From an uncultured Candidatus Saccharibacteria bacterium (lineage in GTDB: Bacteria; Patescibacteriota; CALEFQ01): DNA of 64,000 bases. The notes beneath the pieces were generated by a model, which was not told the DNA's origin, ran no database searches, and saw only the letters and a list, made by a program, of their open reading frames with translations. Numbering within the stretch: position 1 is the stretch's first letter; each line of letters starts with the position of its first letter. Shown in pieces: positions 63,597 to 64,000 of this stretch. The stretch is from contig OZ246404.1 of the NCBI GenBank assembly GCA_965230955.1, positions 289,184 through 353,183 on the forward strand, in the 5' to 3' direction. Both the position numbers and the translations under genes were made by a program.

Positions 63597-64000
63597 ATGT
63601 ACGATATCATCATTCGCCAGGGGACGATTATTGACGGTACCAATCGCCGGAAGTATTTGGGCGATGTCGGTATCAAAAACGGGCGTATCGCAAAAATTGG
63701 AGAACTAAAAAATGACCGAGCGACCAGCATTATCGAAGCCAAGGAAAAATTGGTTGTGCCTGGTTTTATTGATATTCTCAATCACAGCGATGGCTACTGG
63801 ACGATGTTTAATTTCCCCCGAGTGGAAAGTCTGACCCATCAGGGGATTACGACTATGATTGGCGGCGGGAGCGGGACTTCTCTGGCTCCGCTGGTTTCAC
63901 CTCAAACTATTCAGACCATTCGGCGTTGGACCAATGTGGAAGAAATCACCCTGAACTGGTTGACGGTGGCGGAATTGTTGGATGAAATTGAGCGCCAGAA
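63597..64000 (+). CDS. Amidohydrolase-family protein (D-aminoacylase/N-acyl-D-amino-acid deacylase-like), 3' end beyond the window
   Basis: MYDIIIRQGTIIDGTNRRKYLGDVGIKNGRIAKIG...PGFIDILNHSD is typical of the metal-dependent amidohydrolase N-terminus. Confidence 0.55.
   Translation, partial: MYDIIIRQGTIIDGTNRRKYLGDVGIKNGRIAKIGELKNDRATSIIEAKEKLVVPGFIDILNHSDGYWTMFNFPRVESLTHQGITTMIGGGSGTSLAPLVSPQTIQTIRRWTNVEEITLNWLTVAELLDEIERQ

Overview
This 64 kb window looks like a reduced, Patescibacteria/CPR-like bacterial genome segment: about 50% GC, mostly plus-strand genes, many small secreted or membrane-anchored proteins with PT-rich linkers, and no rRNA or CRISPR. Recognisable housekeeping blocks are a truncated dcw cluster (mraZ-rsmH-ftsL-ftsI-murF), a lexA-dinB SOS pair, hrcA-grpE-dnaK ... 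dnaJ with a perfect CIRCE operator, rarA, aspS, scpAB, mraY, a D-Ala-D-Ala carboxypeptidase, five tRNAs (Glu, Ala x2, Lys, Val), two HtrA-type proteases and several surface proteins (DUF11 repeats, FG-GAP zinc metalloprotease, COG4880-like beta-propeller).

The strongest candidate for an undescribed system is a duplicated, split HgdAB/DUF2229-like (double-cubane-type) enzyme pair with an HgdC/BadF-type ATPase activator. Set B sits inside the heat-shock operon between dnaK and dnaJ; set A sits downstream of a beta-propeller gene and a B12-binding radical SAM gene.

The window also carries several unusual non-coding repeat families:
- palindromic elements built from 7-nt tandem repeats (GTCAAAA, GTAACAA, TAAGAT, AGTCTTT, GAAATCC types) that give all-frame stop codons plus hairpins between genes;
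- conserved GC-rich hairpin families (CCCCACACTCAGG and GCCGATTNGGC cores);
- about 100 bp MITE-like inverted-repeat elements inserted immediately 5' of tRNA-Ala(GGC) and tRNA-Lys(TTT), each flanked by a duplicated tRNA 5' end.

Other points worth a second look: a low-GC islet at tRNA-Glu encoding a SemiSWEET transporter, a GH16-like gene split by a frameshift, an orphan radical SAM next to a CapA-family phosphoesterase and thioredoxin, a SET-domain protein, a cupin with a native His5 tail, and a structured RNA candidate upstream of dacA.

All calls are from reading the sequence and the ORF track; no searches were run.
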